Source: Candidatus Xenobia bacterium (GTDB taxonomy: Bacteria > Vulcanimicrobiota > Xenobia > Xenobiales > QWHO01). From it: DNA of 64,000 nt. The stretch lies in contig BTUM01000022.1 in the NCBI GenBank assembly GCA_045863235.1, positions 28,158 through 92,157 on the forward strand. The letters run 5' to 3'. The notes below the pieces were generated by a model. It saw only the letters and a list, made by a program, of their open reading frames with translations. It had not been told where the DNA came from and did not search any database. The translations under genes were made by a program, and so were the position numbers. Below are positions 1-8,730 of this stretch, piece after piece (positions within the stretch are counted from its first letter, which is position 1; the number at the start of each line of letters is the position of its first letter).

Positions 1-925
1 GGGCCAGGCCAAACTCGACCAGCTTGAGCACTCCGTGGGGGGTCACCAGAACCGTTTCGGGGCGAAGGTCACGGTGGACGATGGGGGGATCTTGTCCGTG
101 CAGATACTCGAGCACCGACAGGAACTGCTCGAGGTAGCGCTGGATCAGCTCGGGGGGCTGGGGCCCATCGGACTTGACCACCTCGGCCAGGGTGCGGCCG
201 GAGAACTCCTCGAGCACCAGGTAGATGCCGGTGCGGTCTTCGATGACCTCCATCACCCGGGGCAGGTTGCGGTGCTGCAGCCGAGCGAGCAGGCGCCCCT
301 CGCGCAGGGTCTGCATGCGGGCCTCGCGGGTGGCCGACTCGGGGTCGAGTCGCCGCAGGCGCAGGGGGGTGCCGTTCGAGCGGTCCTCGGCTTCGTAGAG
401 GGTGGAGAAGCGGCCCAGCATCATCTGGCGGTGGACGACAAAGCGCCCGCCGACCAGCTTGGGCACCTCGACCGGCTGGGCCTCGAAGCTCTCCTGCGCG
501 GCAGCCTCGGGGGGAGGGGCCATGCGCAGCAGGGCGGGGGTCATCTTCTGGGCGTAGAGATGGGTGCGCTCGAGCGCCTCGATGTCAAAAGCCTGCTGGG
601 GTTTGGAGCGATGGGCGTAGAGCAGGCCCAGCACCCGTCCTTCGTGGAGAATGGGCACGCACAGGGCGGTGTGCTCGAGGTTGCTGGGGGTGCGCACGTC
701 GGGAGCCTTCTTCTTGCACACCGAGCGCACCAGCACCAGGTCCAGCGCCGCTCCGCTCCACACCTCGTCGGGATGCACGCCGCGCACGTCGGCCACGGCA
801 TACTCGCCGTCCCACAGCTCGTCGTGCAAGATCACGCCGCGGTCGGCTTGCAAGGTGCTGGTCATGTAGTCCAGGGCACCCTGCCACAGCTGCTTGAGGT
901 CGGTGGCGTTGGAAAGGGTATCCAT
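1..925 (-). CDS. GAF-like domain + Ser/Thr protein kinase, N-terminal part (3' end lies beyond window start)
   Basis: Absent from the ORF track because there is no stop in the window. My reverse-complement translation from ATG 925..923 reads MDTLSNATDLKQLWQGALDYMTSTLQADRGVILHDE... (GAF-like). It continues into kinase subdomains (...GRFSTLYEAEDRSNGTPLRLRRL..., ...LARLQHRNLPRV..., ...YLVLEEFSGRTL...) and ends at the edge with IVHRDLRPETVLVTPHGVLKLVEFGLA. No ORF in this frame is listed, consistent with it being open to position 1. Confidence 0.8.
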   Translation of the reverse strand, partial: MDTLSNATDLKQLWQGALDYMTSTLQADRGVILHDELWDGEYAVADVRGVHPDEVWSGAALDLVLVRSVCKKKAPDVRTPSNLEHTALCVPILHEGRVLGLLYAHRSKPQQAFDIEALERTHLYAQKMTPALLRMAPPPEAAAQESFEAQPVEVPKLVGGRFVVHRQMMLGRFSTLYEAEDRSNGTPLRLRRLDPESATREARMQTLREGRLLARLQHRNLPRVMEVIEDRTGIYLVLEEFSGRTLAEVVKSDGPQPPELIQRYLEQFLSVLEYLHGQDPPIVHRDLRPETVLVTPHGVLKLVEFGLA

Positions 926-933
926 GCTCGAGC

Positions 934-959
934 GGTTCCCCGAAAGTCGGGGGGGAACC
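934..959. promoter_or_regulatory. 8-bp perfect inverted repeat (GGTTCCCC-N10-GGGGAACC) in the 66-bp spacer between the two divergent kinase genes
   Basis: Read directly: ggttcccc (934-941) and ggggaacc (952-959). It is the only obvious symmetric element between start codons 925(-) and 992(+). Confidence 0.5.
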
Positions 960-991
960 TTTCTGGGGGACCAGAAACTGACTTCGAGCCG

Positions 992-3070
992 ATGGACAGG
1001 AAGAAGCTGCGCTTCGACGAGGATTCCCCGCTGCCCGACCGCTTCGAGCTGCTCTCGGAGGTGGGTCGGGGAGGCATGAGCGTCGTCTACCGCGCTTTCG
1101 ACCGCGAGCTCGAGCGGGAGGTGGCCGTCAAGCTCTTGCCCGAGGGGGCCCGGGGCGGGCCGCTCAGCGAGCGCTATCGGCGCGAGGCGCGCGAGCTGGC
1201 GCGCTTGAGGCACCCCAACGTGGTGGGGCTGCTGGGGGAAGGGGTGCACCGGGGGCGCGACTACCTGGTGCTGGAGTATGTATCGGGAGGCGACTTGCGC
1301 CGCTTCCTGCAGCGCCCCCGGCCCCGGGCCGAGCTGCTGAGGCTGTTCGAGGGGGTGAGCCGGGGACTGGCCGAGCTGCACGCACTGGGCCTGGTGCACC
1401 GGGACATCAAGCCGGAGAACGTGCTGATCGGAGCGGACGGAGAGGCCCGGCTGAGCGACCTGGGGCTGGTGCGCTCGTTGGACTCCAAGACCCACCTGAC
1501 CACCGAGGGGGCGCTGGTGGGAACGATGTGCTACCTGGCACCCGAGCAGATCGTGTCGGGCGAGCTGTCGGCCGCGGCCGATCTCTATGCGCTGGGGGCC
1601 TGCCTGTATGAGGCGCTGGTCGGTGCGCCGCTGTTCGAGGGGCGCACCGAGTTCGAGATCATGCAGCACCACGTGCGCGACGAGCCGGTGGCACCGGGCG
1701 ACCGGTTGAACGGTCTGGACGGGCGGCTGAACGAGCTCGTGCTTCGGCTCGTCAGCAAGGACCCGGCGCTGCGGCCGAGCGCCGAGGAGACCGCGGACAT
1801 CCTGGGCGAGTGCCTGCGAACCCCCGCTCCGACCGCGCCGGAGCCGGACGCGGCCGTGGGCGCGGTCGAAGTGCGGTCGGCGGTCGAGCCGGGGCCGGTC
1901 TTGGTGGACGCGGTCGAGGCTCTGGCGGAGTCGGAGGCGGCGCCGGTCGAGCCGGGGCCGGTCGTGGTGGGCGCGGTCGAAGTGCGGTCGGCGGTCGAGC
2001 CGGGGCCGGAGTTGGTCGGCGCGGTCGAGGCTCGGGCGGAGTCGGAGGCGGCGCCGGTCGAGCCGGCGCGACGCAGCCTGGTGGCTCCGCTGGTGGCTCT
2101 CTTCGTGGTGGTCTCGCTGCTGGTCGGTTACGGAGCCACGGGGCGCTACAAGCGGCTGGCGCTCGACTCGGAGCCGCACGGGGCGGCCGTCAGCCTGGAT
2201 GGCCGGCCGGTCGGGCACACGCCGGTGAGGCTAGACGGCCTGGCGCTGGGGCGCCACCAGCTACGGCTGGAGAAAGCCGGCTACATGCCCTACTCCGAGT
2301 CGGTGGAGCTGGCCGTGGGGCAGATCCACCCCCCTCGCACCATCGCCCTGCAGCCAGCGGCTCGTCTGCCGCTGGAGCTCACTCCCTCCGACACTCAGGT
2401 GCTGGTGAACGGCAAGAGCGTCTCCCTGACCGATGGGGCCCTGGAACTGGCGCCCGGAAGCTATCGGCTGGAGCTTCGGCGGGCCGACCATCTGCCTCAG
2501 ACCCGTCAGGTGAGCCTCGTTGCGGGCGACAACCCGGCCCTGGCGATCGCCTTGAAGAGCAGCCAGGAGTCGCGACTCAAGGTGCTGGCCCCGGCCGGGG
2601 CGAGGATACTGCTCGACGGCCAGCCGCTCAAATCAGAGACGGTGCGTCCGGGGAAGCACGAGCTGGTGGTGCGAAAGAGCGGCCATCGCGAGCACCGCCG
2701 GAGCCTGGAGCTCGATCCCGGGGCAGAGCTCGAGGTCAGGGTTGCTCTCGAGCCTGCCGCCCCCAGCCTGAAGGTCACCGCTCGACCCGCAGCCACGGTC
2801 TATCTCAACGGGGTCGAGCGAGGGCGGACGCCGGTCAGCCTGACCGGGCTCACGCCGGGAGCCTGTGAGCTGAAGCTGACCGCGCCCGGCTACCAGACCG
2901 CCCGTAAGAAGCTCAACCTGAGCCCTGGAGCCACCCGCAACCTGGCCTTTCAGCTCGAGCCTCTGCCTCCCCCGGAGCCGGTGTACGAGGCTCCGGCCGG
3001 ACCGGCCTGGTATCCGCCCCCGGCACAGGACCCTCCAGCCCCCGGCCCGGTGGCCACGCCCGACGAGTGA
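992..3070 (+). CDS. Membrane Ser/Thr protein kinase with C-terminal PEGA-like repeats
   Basis: In-frame ATG at 992 inside track ORF 35..3070; the upstream part is antisense of the divergent kinase. Kinase motifs: GRGGMSVVYRA...VAVKLL, HRDIKPENVL, SDLG, LAPE. TM helix LVAPLVALFVVVSLLVGYG, followed by about six PEGA-like units (e.g. AVSLDGRPVGHTPVRLDGLALGRHQLRLEKAGYMPY). Confidence 0.9.
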   Translation: MDRKKLRFDEDSPLPDRFELLSEVGRGGMSVVYRAFDRELEREVAVKLLPEGARGGPLSERYRREARELARLRHPNVVGLLGEGVHRGRDYLVLEYVSGGDLRRFLQRPRPRAELLRLFEGVSRGLAELHALGLVHRDIKPENVLIGADGEARLSDLGLVRSLDSKTHLTTEGALVGTMCYLAPEQIVSGELSAAADLYALGACLYEALVGAPLFEGRTEFEIMQHHVRDEPVAPGDRLNGLDGRLNELVLRLVSKDPALRPSAEETADILGECLRTPAPTAPEPDAAVGAVEVRSAVEPGPVLVDAVEALAESEAAPVEPGPVVVGAVEVRSAVEPGPELVGAVEARAESEAAPVEPARRSLVAPLVALFVVVSLLVGYGATGRYKRLALDSEPHGAAVSLDGRPVGHTPVRLDGLALGRHQLRLEKAGYMPYSESVELAVGQIHPPRTIALQPAARLPLELTPSDTQVLVNGKSVSLTDGALELAPGSYRLELRRADHLPQTRQVSLVAGDNPALAIALKSSQESRLKVLAPAGARILLDGQPLKSETVRPGKHELVVRKSGHREHRRSLELDPGAELEVRVALEPAAPSLKVTARPAATVYLNGVERGRTPVSLTGLTPGACELKLTAPGYQTARKKLNLSPGATRNLAFQLEPLPPPEPVYEAPAGPAWYPPPAQDPPAPGPVATPDE
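1856..2077 (+). repeat. 2 x 111-bp in-frame tandem duplication in the kinase juxtamembrane linker
   Basis: gtgggcgcggtcgaagtgcggtcggcggtcgagccggggccg... recurs with period 111 (starts 1856 and 1967). It encodes VGAVEVRSAVEPGP.LV.AVEA.AESEAAPVEP twice. Confidence 0.9.
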
Positions 3071-3183
3071 GGCCAGAGGCAGGCTGGTGCAAAGGGGACT
3101 CCGGGGTTTCCTTCGATCCCTTGCAGGGGGAGCTCTCACTGCCCAGCTCCAGCGACCGGGAAGCAGGCCCGTCTGACGCTTCG

Positions 3184-4959
3184 CTAATGAGAATCCCACC
3201 ATCCCAGCCCTTCGGGAACCTCGATCGACAGGCTCTTCTGGTCCACCCCGTGGGCCAGCAGCACCCGGTCGAGCCGCTCGTCGCTCATGGCTCGTGAAAA
3301 CCATAGCAGGGCTTCCTCACGGGGGCTAGCCCCCCGCTCCAAGAGCGCCTCGATGGCGGAGATTCGCGCCTGGTCCAGGGCTGCGGAGCGCAGGGTCGTT
3401 CGCAGGGCCAGGTGGCAGAGCTGGGAGAGCACCTCGCTGGGGTCCGGCCCCTCCTCCAGCAGCGCCTCCAGGACGGACCGGTCGAGCTTCCAGTAGCTGG
3501 CGGCATGCAGGGCCGCGCTGTGTCCGTCCCGGTCGCGGGCCAGTCGGTCGGCTCCGGCCGAGAGCAAGAAGGGGACGCTGCGAGCCGCGGCTGGCGTCCC
3601 GGCGGCCAGCATCAAAGCGGTGAGCCCCGCTCCATCGGCCGCTTCCAGCCTGGCCCCAGCCCGCAGCAACTCCTCGGCCGTCTCCAACTGGCCACAGCAG
3701 ACCGCCAGGGCCAGGGCGGTTCGACCCTGGTCGTCTCGAGTCTCCAGGTCGGCTCCCCGGGCGACCAGCCACCGGAGGGTGTCCCGCTGGCCCGCCACGG
3801 CCGCGGCCATCAGGGGTGTCTGGCCGGCCCAGCGCTCCTCGGGGCCCAGGCCGGCCCCGCGCTGCTCGGCGCCCAGGCCGGCCTCGCGCTGCTCGGGGCC
3901 CAGGCTGGCCCCGCGCTCCTCGGCGCCCAGGCCGGCCCCGCGCTCCTCGGGGCCCGGGCCGGCCCCGAGCAGGGCCTCCAGGATAGCCGTCCGCCCCAGA
4001 GAGGCCGCCAGCGACAGGGCCAGGGCTCCGCCCACCGGCGGACGGGAGAGCGCCTCCAGCAGCCGCCGCACGGCAGCCAGATTGTCTCGACTGACCGCCT
4101 TGTGCAGCGCGCTGTGCCCGTTCACGTCCACCGCTTCTGGATCGGCCCCCAGCTCGAGCATACGGCTCACCAGCTCGACCTCTCCCACCGCGCCCATCAG
4201 GGGGGTTTCTCCCGCCCCGTTGCGTCCGTCCAGACGGGCCCCGTTCTCGAGCAGCCACTCCACCGCCTCGGTCCAGCCGCCACGCGCGGCCGCCAGCAGG
4301 GCCGCGCCGGTGGGCTCGGCGCCCCGCTCCACCAGCTCCTTCATCAGGTCCATCCGGCCTTTACTGGCAGCCATTTCCAGCAGTGTGGGCCAGGTCGTGG
4401 AGCGGGCCCGCTTGACCTGAATCTCGGATCCCCCCTGGACCAGGGCCAGGACGCAGTCGCAGCAGTCGGTATCCGCGACGGCCGTCGCCCCGTCGGCCGT
4501 CGCGAGATTCGGATCAGCGCCCGCTGCGAGCAGGGCCCGCACCGCCTGGCAGTGGCCCAGGTAGGCCGCCTCCATCAGGGCGGTTCGCCCACGGGCGTCG
4601 CGGGCGTTTACCGGTGCCCCCTCTTTGACCAGCAGCTTGATGGTCTTGCTCTGATCGCCCACCGCTGCCGCCCGGAGGGCCGTCCAGCCGTCTTCGTCAG
4701 AAAAGTCGACCGGCGCTCCCGCTTCCAGCAAGCGAATCACGGCCGGGACCTGCCCCCTGCGACTTGCTTCCAGCAGCGCCTTACCCAGCTCTTCGCGCGA
4801 CCAGTCCCGTTGCGCCAGGACAGCGGGCAGGTCGGACGGGATCGCTTCCACCAGCTCCAACGGGTAGCCGGCCGACTGCAGGGCGCGGCGGAGGGCGGCC
4901 GGGTCCGGCTCCGGGCCGAGCTCCTGGGCCATCTTCACCAGCCGGGCGATGCTCTTCAC
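3184..4959 (-). CDS. Ankyrin-repeat protein
   Basis: Many canonical ANK units (e.g. GRTALMEAAYLGHCQAVRALLAAGADPN; GETPLMGAVGEVELVSRMLELGADPE; GRTALALAVCCGQLETAEELLRAGARLE). Antisense ORFs 3412..5058 and 3620..4420 have an R/P/G-rich artefact composition. Confidence 0.85.
   Translation of the reverse strand: MKSIARLVKMAQELGPEPDPAALRRALQSAGYPLELVEAIPSDLPAVLAQRDWSREELGKALLEASRRGQVPAVIRLLEAGAPVDFSDEDGWTALRAAAVGDQSKTIKLLVKEGAPVNARDARGRTALMEAAYLGHCQAVRALLAAGADPNLATADGATAVADTDCCDCVLALVQGGSEIQVKRARSTTWPTLLEMAASKGRMDLMKELVERGAEPTGAALLAAARGGWTEAVEWLLENGARLDGRNGAGETPLMGAVGEVELVSRMLELGADPEAVDVNGHSALHKAVSRDNLAAVRRLLEALSRPPVGGALALSLAASLGRTAILEALLGAGPGPEERGAGLGAEERGASLGPEQREAGLGAEQRGAGLGPEERWAGQTPLMAAAVAGQRDTLRWLVARGADLETRDDQGRTALALAVCCGQLETAEELLRAGARLEAADGAGLTALMLAAGTPAAARSVPFLLSAGADRLARDRDGHSAALHAASYWKLDRSVLEALLEEGPDPSEVLSQLCHLALRTTLRSAALDQARISAIEALLERGASPREEALLWFSRAMSDERLDRVLLAHGVDQKSLSIEVPEGLGWWDSH
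3838..3972 (-). repeat. 27-bp x about 5 in-frame tandem repeat inside the ankyrin gene
   Basis: ctcgg(g/c)gcccaggccggccccgcgct(g/c) repeats head-to-tail. It encodes 9-aa units GPEERGAGL/GAEERGASL/GPEQREAGL/GAEQRGAGL/GPEERWAG that interrupt the ANK array. Confidence 0.9.
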
Positions 4960-5088
4960 TGGCTCATGGTAGCACGATTGAAGGGTCCGCGCAGGCAGCC
5001 GCCAGAGACGATGTGCCGGAGGAAGCCCGACCGCCCGGCACCGTCGAAGGCCCGGTAGCTACCCGCGTCGCGCAGCCGGACGACCTTC

Positions 5089-5811
5089 TCAGGGGTGCCT
5101 GGGGCTCGGCTCGCAGGAATCGGCCCACGCGAGAAAGACCTCGAGCCTGATGCCCTCCCCCGTGGGGTCTGGGATCGCGGCCACGGAGTATCCCCCTTCG
5201 GCCAGGAGATCGAGCCAGGTCTGGCGGGGGAACAGCCCCACCTGGTGGCGGTCGACCACCGTGCGCAGCTCCCCGTTCTCTTTCATGACGAGGATGTAGT
5301 CACAGTCCACTACGGTGTCGTCGGGATCCGGATCGTGGGTCCACTCCAAGTAGCGGATCTGACGCTCGGGGCCGTCTTCGCCCCCATGATCGGTGCTGGG
5401 CCGGAAGTTCTCCTTGAGATGGTCCGGAGCCACCACGATCCGCCTGGCGTGGCGCTTGGCGGTCGTCAGGGCTTTCCGCAGATCCTCCAGGGTCGTCATA
5501 TACATAATGGCGTCGTGAATCAGCACCGCGTCGAACTCGCGCCCCAGATCCAGCGTGCGCATATCCCCCACTACGTGCTCGCACTCGGGGTTCTGGGCCA
5601 AACTCATGGCCAGCATCCGGGGGCTGAGGTCGGCCAGGGTCAGCTCGAACTCCCCTTTGATCCACCAGGCGACATTGCCCCCCCCACATCCCAGCTCAAG
5701 CACGGTACGAGCGGGCCTCAGCAAGGTGGCCAGGAAAGCCGCCTCCTCCTCGTACTCGCTGGTGGGGGAAACCAGCTGCCACCATTCTGCCAGGTCGGAG
5801 TAGAGCATCAT
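5089..5811 (-). CDS. Class I SAM-dependent methyltransferase
   Basis: Motif I VLELGCGGGNVAWW, acidic loop LTLADLS, motif VLIHDAIMYM. About 240 aa, typical for the fold. Confidence 0.8.
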   Translation of the reverse strand: MMLYSDLAEWWQLVSPTSEYEEEAAFLATLLRPARTVLELGCGGGNVAWWIKGEFELTLADLSPRMLAMSLAQNPECEHVVGDMRTLDLGREFDAVLIHDAIMYMTTLEDLRKALTTAKRHARRIVVAPDHLKENFRPSTDHGGEDGPERQIRYLEWTHDPDPDDTVVDCDYILVMKENGELRTVVDRHQVGLFPRQTWLDLLAEGGYSVAAIPDPTGEGIRLEVFLAWADSCEPSPRHP

Positions 5812-6256
5812 CGATCGGGCAAGTCGCCAATCTGCATCAGGGGATGCGCACGGCGGGAGCTCCCAGGAAGGCGCTCAGCTGGTTTCGCAAGGCCCAACTC
5901 GCGCAGCCTTCGGGTCTGATCCACGACCCCGTTCGGAATCCATCGGCTCTCCGGTATCAGGAAGGTCGCTCCCACGCCGTAACCTGAGGGACATGACCTC
6001 AATTTCGGGCGCCGCGCTGGAATCTCCCCTTTCGGACTTCTTCGACCTGCCCAGGCCCGGTCGCCCTGTCCCCTCCCGGCATACGGCTCACGAAGCTGCG
6101 CAACTCTTCCTGGGTCATCAGGCCGGGTCTGGCGAGTCTTTGTGAACCACTTATGAACGATTTGTGGCTTTCTGTTCATCTTTCAGCCCTGCCCGGGACC
6201 ACCCCGGGGAAGTTGCCTGTCCTACTCTGAGGTCACCAACACGATGGAGGTGCCCG

Positions 6257-7012
6257 ATGGGAGCCAGTGCGATTGAGGGAAAAGCGGCGGCCAGCATCCA
6301 GAGCCCGAAAGTGACTCCGAAGAAAGAGCAGCAGGCTGCCGTGGCCCGGGCGGAGGCCGAGCCGAAGGACACGGTGGAGCTCTCTCGACAGGCTCAGCTG
6401 AGCCAGAATCGCACCGAGGGCCAGGGTCCCGGCTGGAAGCGCTCGGACGACAAGGTCCAGCTCGATGAGCAGCAGACTCGCGTGCTCGACGAGATGGGGG
6501 AGGAGTATACCCGCTCCACCGATGGCCAGGAGCTGCGTGTGACCAGCGGCAAGCGTACCCCCGAGCAGACTTCCAAGCAGCTCTATGACGACATCCGCGA
6601 CGGCAAGGCCGATAGCCTTTACGGCGACAAGCCCGAGTATCAGGAGCTCAAGCAGATCTATCAGAGCTCAAACGACGAGGAGGCTGTGCGCCAGCAGATG
6701 CTGGAGAAGGTGCAGCAACAGGAGAGCGAGGGCCGCTACCTGAGCAATCATCAGGTCAGCAAGTCGTTCGACATCAGCACCCGGGGGATGACCGCCGATG
6801 AAATCGAGACGGCCCGGCGTATCGCCACGGAGAAGGGTCTCACCGTGAAGGATGAGGGGGACCACCTGCACATGGACTTCCCCGACGCTCCGGTCGAGAC
6901 GTCGCCCAATTCGCCGGAGGACATCACGCGCCAGGAGCAAGAGGACCGCGATTACAACTCGACCTATCGAGGCCAGTGGCACAACTGGTGGAACGGCTAT
7001 CGCAAGTGGTAG
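6257..7012 (+). CDS. Putative LAS/M15-type zinc peptidase-like protein (acidic, Q/E/K-rich, no signal peptide seen)
   Basis: ATG 6257 is preceded by GGAGG 7 nt upstream and lies in frame within track ORF 6164..7012. The pattern RVTSGKRTPEQ ... SNHQVSKSFDIS (H-x6-D) ... GDHLHMDF matches the SxxR / HxxxxxxD / HxH layout of M15 (VanY/YcbK-like) peptidases as I remember it. GC is visibly lower than in neighbouring genes. Confidence 0.45.
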   Translation: MGASAIEGKAAASIQSPKVTPKKEQQAAVARAEAEPKDTVELSRQAQLSQNRTEGQGPGWKRSDDKVQLDEQQTRVLDEMGEEYTRSTDGQELRVTSGKRTPEQTSKQLYDDIRDGKADSLYGDKPEYQELKQIYQSSNDEEAVRQQMLEKVQQQESEGRYLSNHQVSKSFDISTRGMTADEIETARRIATEKGLTVKDEGDHLHMDFPDAPVETSPNSPEDITRQEQEDRDYNSTYRGQWHNWWNGYRKW

Positions 7013-7145
7013 CAACGCGCAGACGGGCACCGCTACTTCAAACGCTCCGCTCGAAGGTATCATCGCATTGCACGGTTGTCGAAATCACGCCTCCCTTGTG
7101 GCTGGGGCGTTCCGCGCCCTTGTTGCTGAGGCGTTCCGCGCCGCC

Positions 7146-8699
7146 TTAGCGACGACCCGCGGTTTGGCCAGAGGTCTCTTGAGCCGTGGCCAGGTCCTGG
7201 AGCAGTTGGGTCAGTGCCCGCCGCGCATAGCCCCTCATGGCTTCGGGGGGCGCCACCACGCGCACTCGGAGCCGTTTCTTGCCGAGATAGGAGAGCAGAA
7301 CGCGGACCGCGCGGTCTGCCCGAAAGGCGCGCAAGAAGGCCTTGGATTCCTCGCTCCACAAAGCTCCGAAGCACTCCCAGTAGTCCGGGTCGGGTGGGTT
7401 CATCCTGGGCCCACCCTTGAGGCGGGGAGGAAGCGTGCAGGAGGGCCAGTCATTGCGCGCCAGCCCGCGCAGGAGCGGTGGCAAGGCCGACATCACGGCT
7501 CCCTGCTCGAGCCAACTGGCGGCTTCGTTGTAGTGTCGTCTCCAGTCCCTGTCCGGAAGCTTGCGAAACTGCTCCCGGGCCTCCGAATACCTGCCGGCTC
7601 GATGGAGCGCCGAGCCGAGCGCTTCCCGCGCGTGAGTCTCGCTGCAACGTCTGACCCTTTCAGTAAGCCAGATGCTGGCATCCTCCCAGCGCCCCTGCTC
7701 GGCCAACGCTCGGGCCAGTCCGTCCAGAGCGCGCAGGTATCCTTCGGCGTCCGGATCGCCTGGATGGAAAACCCGCCGACCCATTGGCAGTCGGTGAGAG
7801 TCCAGCATACAGGCTTGTCGATAGGCCTTCTCGGCTCCCTTCCAGCGCGAGTGCCTCGACAACAGGTCGCCTTCCAGTCTCCAGAGGCCTCCATCCCATG
7901 GTCTGAGCCGTTGCGCCCGCCGCAAGTGGCTGCGAGCCGACTTCCAGCTCTGTTCCTCCAATTCCATCGCCAGAGTAAGCTCGCGCTCAACTCCCGCGGA
8001 TTCTGACGGAGCAATTTCGCCCAGACTCGTCATCAACTCGTTCAGGTCATTGCCGGCCAGCCGGAGCACTTCCGGGTTGCTCTCCCGGTTGATCAAGCGG
8101 CGCACCCTTCCCAACGCGCGTCGAAGAACCGCCACACGAGCGCCGACTTCTTCGGCGCCTTCCCCCGAGCCAAGATTCGGCGTCGCCCCCAGTTGGTGCC
8201 CCCGAGTCCTGACTCTGGTCCCTTCCCTGCTGCTCGGGCTCGAGCTCGAAATCGACCGCGCACTCGGCTGCGCGCTCGACTTCGCACTCGCACTCGAACT
8301 CGCACTCGAACTCGAACTCGCACTCGCACTCGCACTCGCACTCGAACTCGAACTCGAACTCGAACTCGAACTCGCACTCGCACTCGAACTCGAACTCGAA
8401 CTCGAACTCGGGATTTGCGTTCTGGATTCTCGTTCCAGCGCTGTCAGGAACTTCGCGCGCAGGTCTGCCCAGTTGACCTGTACGTTCGAGAATCGAGTCT
8501 CGACGCTTTGTCGCAGCTCGTCCCACTGGTTGAGACAGGCCTGAAGGCCCCCCACTCCGAGGAATCGTTGGACGGTAACGTGACGGACCCGAGTCGAGCC
8601 CTCGCGATAGCTGTGCAGTAACAAGAACTGCCGACCGATCTTCCTCAAGAACATGCGACAGAGTGAGTAGTGATAAGATAGATAATTTTCACTACACAT
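7146..8699 (-). CDS. Hypothetical protein: N-terminal region, about 45-residue poly-Ser/Ala tract, C-terminal TPR-like helical repeats
   Basis: Track ORF 7146..8993 trimmed to ATG 8699 (MCSENYL...) because its first 98 codons lie in the intergenic 75/76-bp repeat array. An alternative ATG is at 8654. The C-terminal half has TPR-like pairs (GAEKAYRQACMLD, GYLRALDGLARALAEQGRWEDASIWL, ALGSALHRAGRYSEAREQF). Confidence 0.55.
   Translation of the reverse strand: MCSENYLSYHYSLCRMFLRKIGRQFLLLHSYREGSTRVRHVTVQRFLGVGGLQACLNQWDELRQSVETRFSNVQVNWADLRAKFLTALERESRTQIPSSSSSSSSSASASSSSSSSSSSSASASASASSSSSASSSASAKSSAQPSARSISSSSPSSREGTRVRTRGHQLGATPNLGSGEGAEEVGARVAVLRRALGRVRRLINRESNPEVLRLAGNDLNELMTSLGEIAPSESAGVERELTLAMELEEQSWKSARSHLRRAQRLRPWDGGLWRLEGDLLSRHSRWKGAEKAYRQACMLDSHRLPMGRRVFHPGDPDAEGYLRALDGLARALAEQGRWEDASIWLTERVRRCSETHAREALGSALHRAGRYSEAREQFRKLPDRDWRRHYNEAASWLEQGAVMSALPPLLRGLARNDWPSCTLPPRLKGGPRMNPPDPDYWECFGALWSEESKAFLRAFRADRAVRVLLSYLGKKRLRVRVVAPPEAMRGYARRALTQLLQDLATAQETSGQTAGRR
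8275..8410. repeat. Hexanucleotide microsatellite (CTCGMA) x about 22
   Basis: Counted directly: ctcgca/ctcgaa units run uninterrupted from 8275 to 8410. On the minus strand they encode the S/A tract. Repeat-containing ORFs appear in the track on both strands (RT-, EL-, RV-, FE-repeat 'proteins'). Confidence 0.95.
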
Positions 8700-8730
8700 T
8701 GTTCTGTCCGGGACGATAGTTGACCTCCCG

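Noticed and set aside
35-991. N-terminal 319 codons of track ORF 35..3070
   Set aside because: This part is the antisense of the GAF-kinase on the minus strand (clear HRDLRPETV and GAF-like sequence). The real plus-strand kinase starts at ATG 992.
8047-8621. ORFs encoding RT-, EL/AL-, RV- and FE/CE-dipeptide repeats (8050..8544, 8193..8621, 8093..8383, 8047..8526)
   Set aside because: All are read-through of the same hexanucleotide microsatellite in other frames. Only the Ser/Ala frame continues into a protein-like sequence on both sides.
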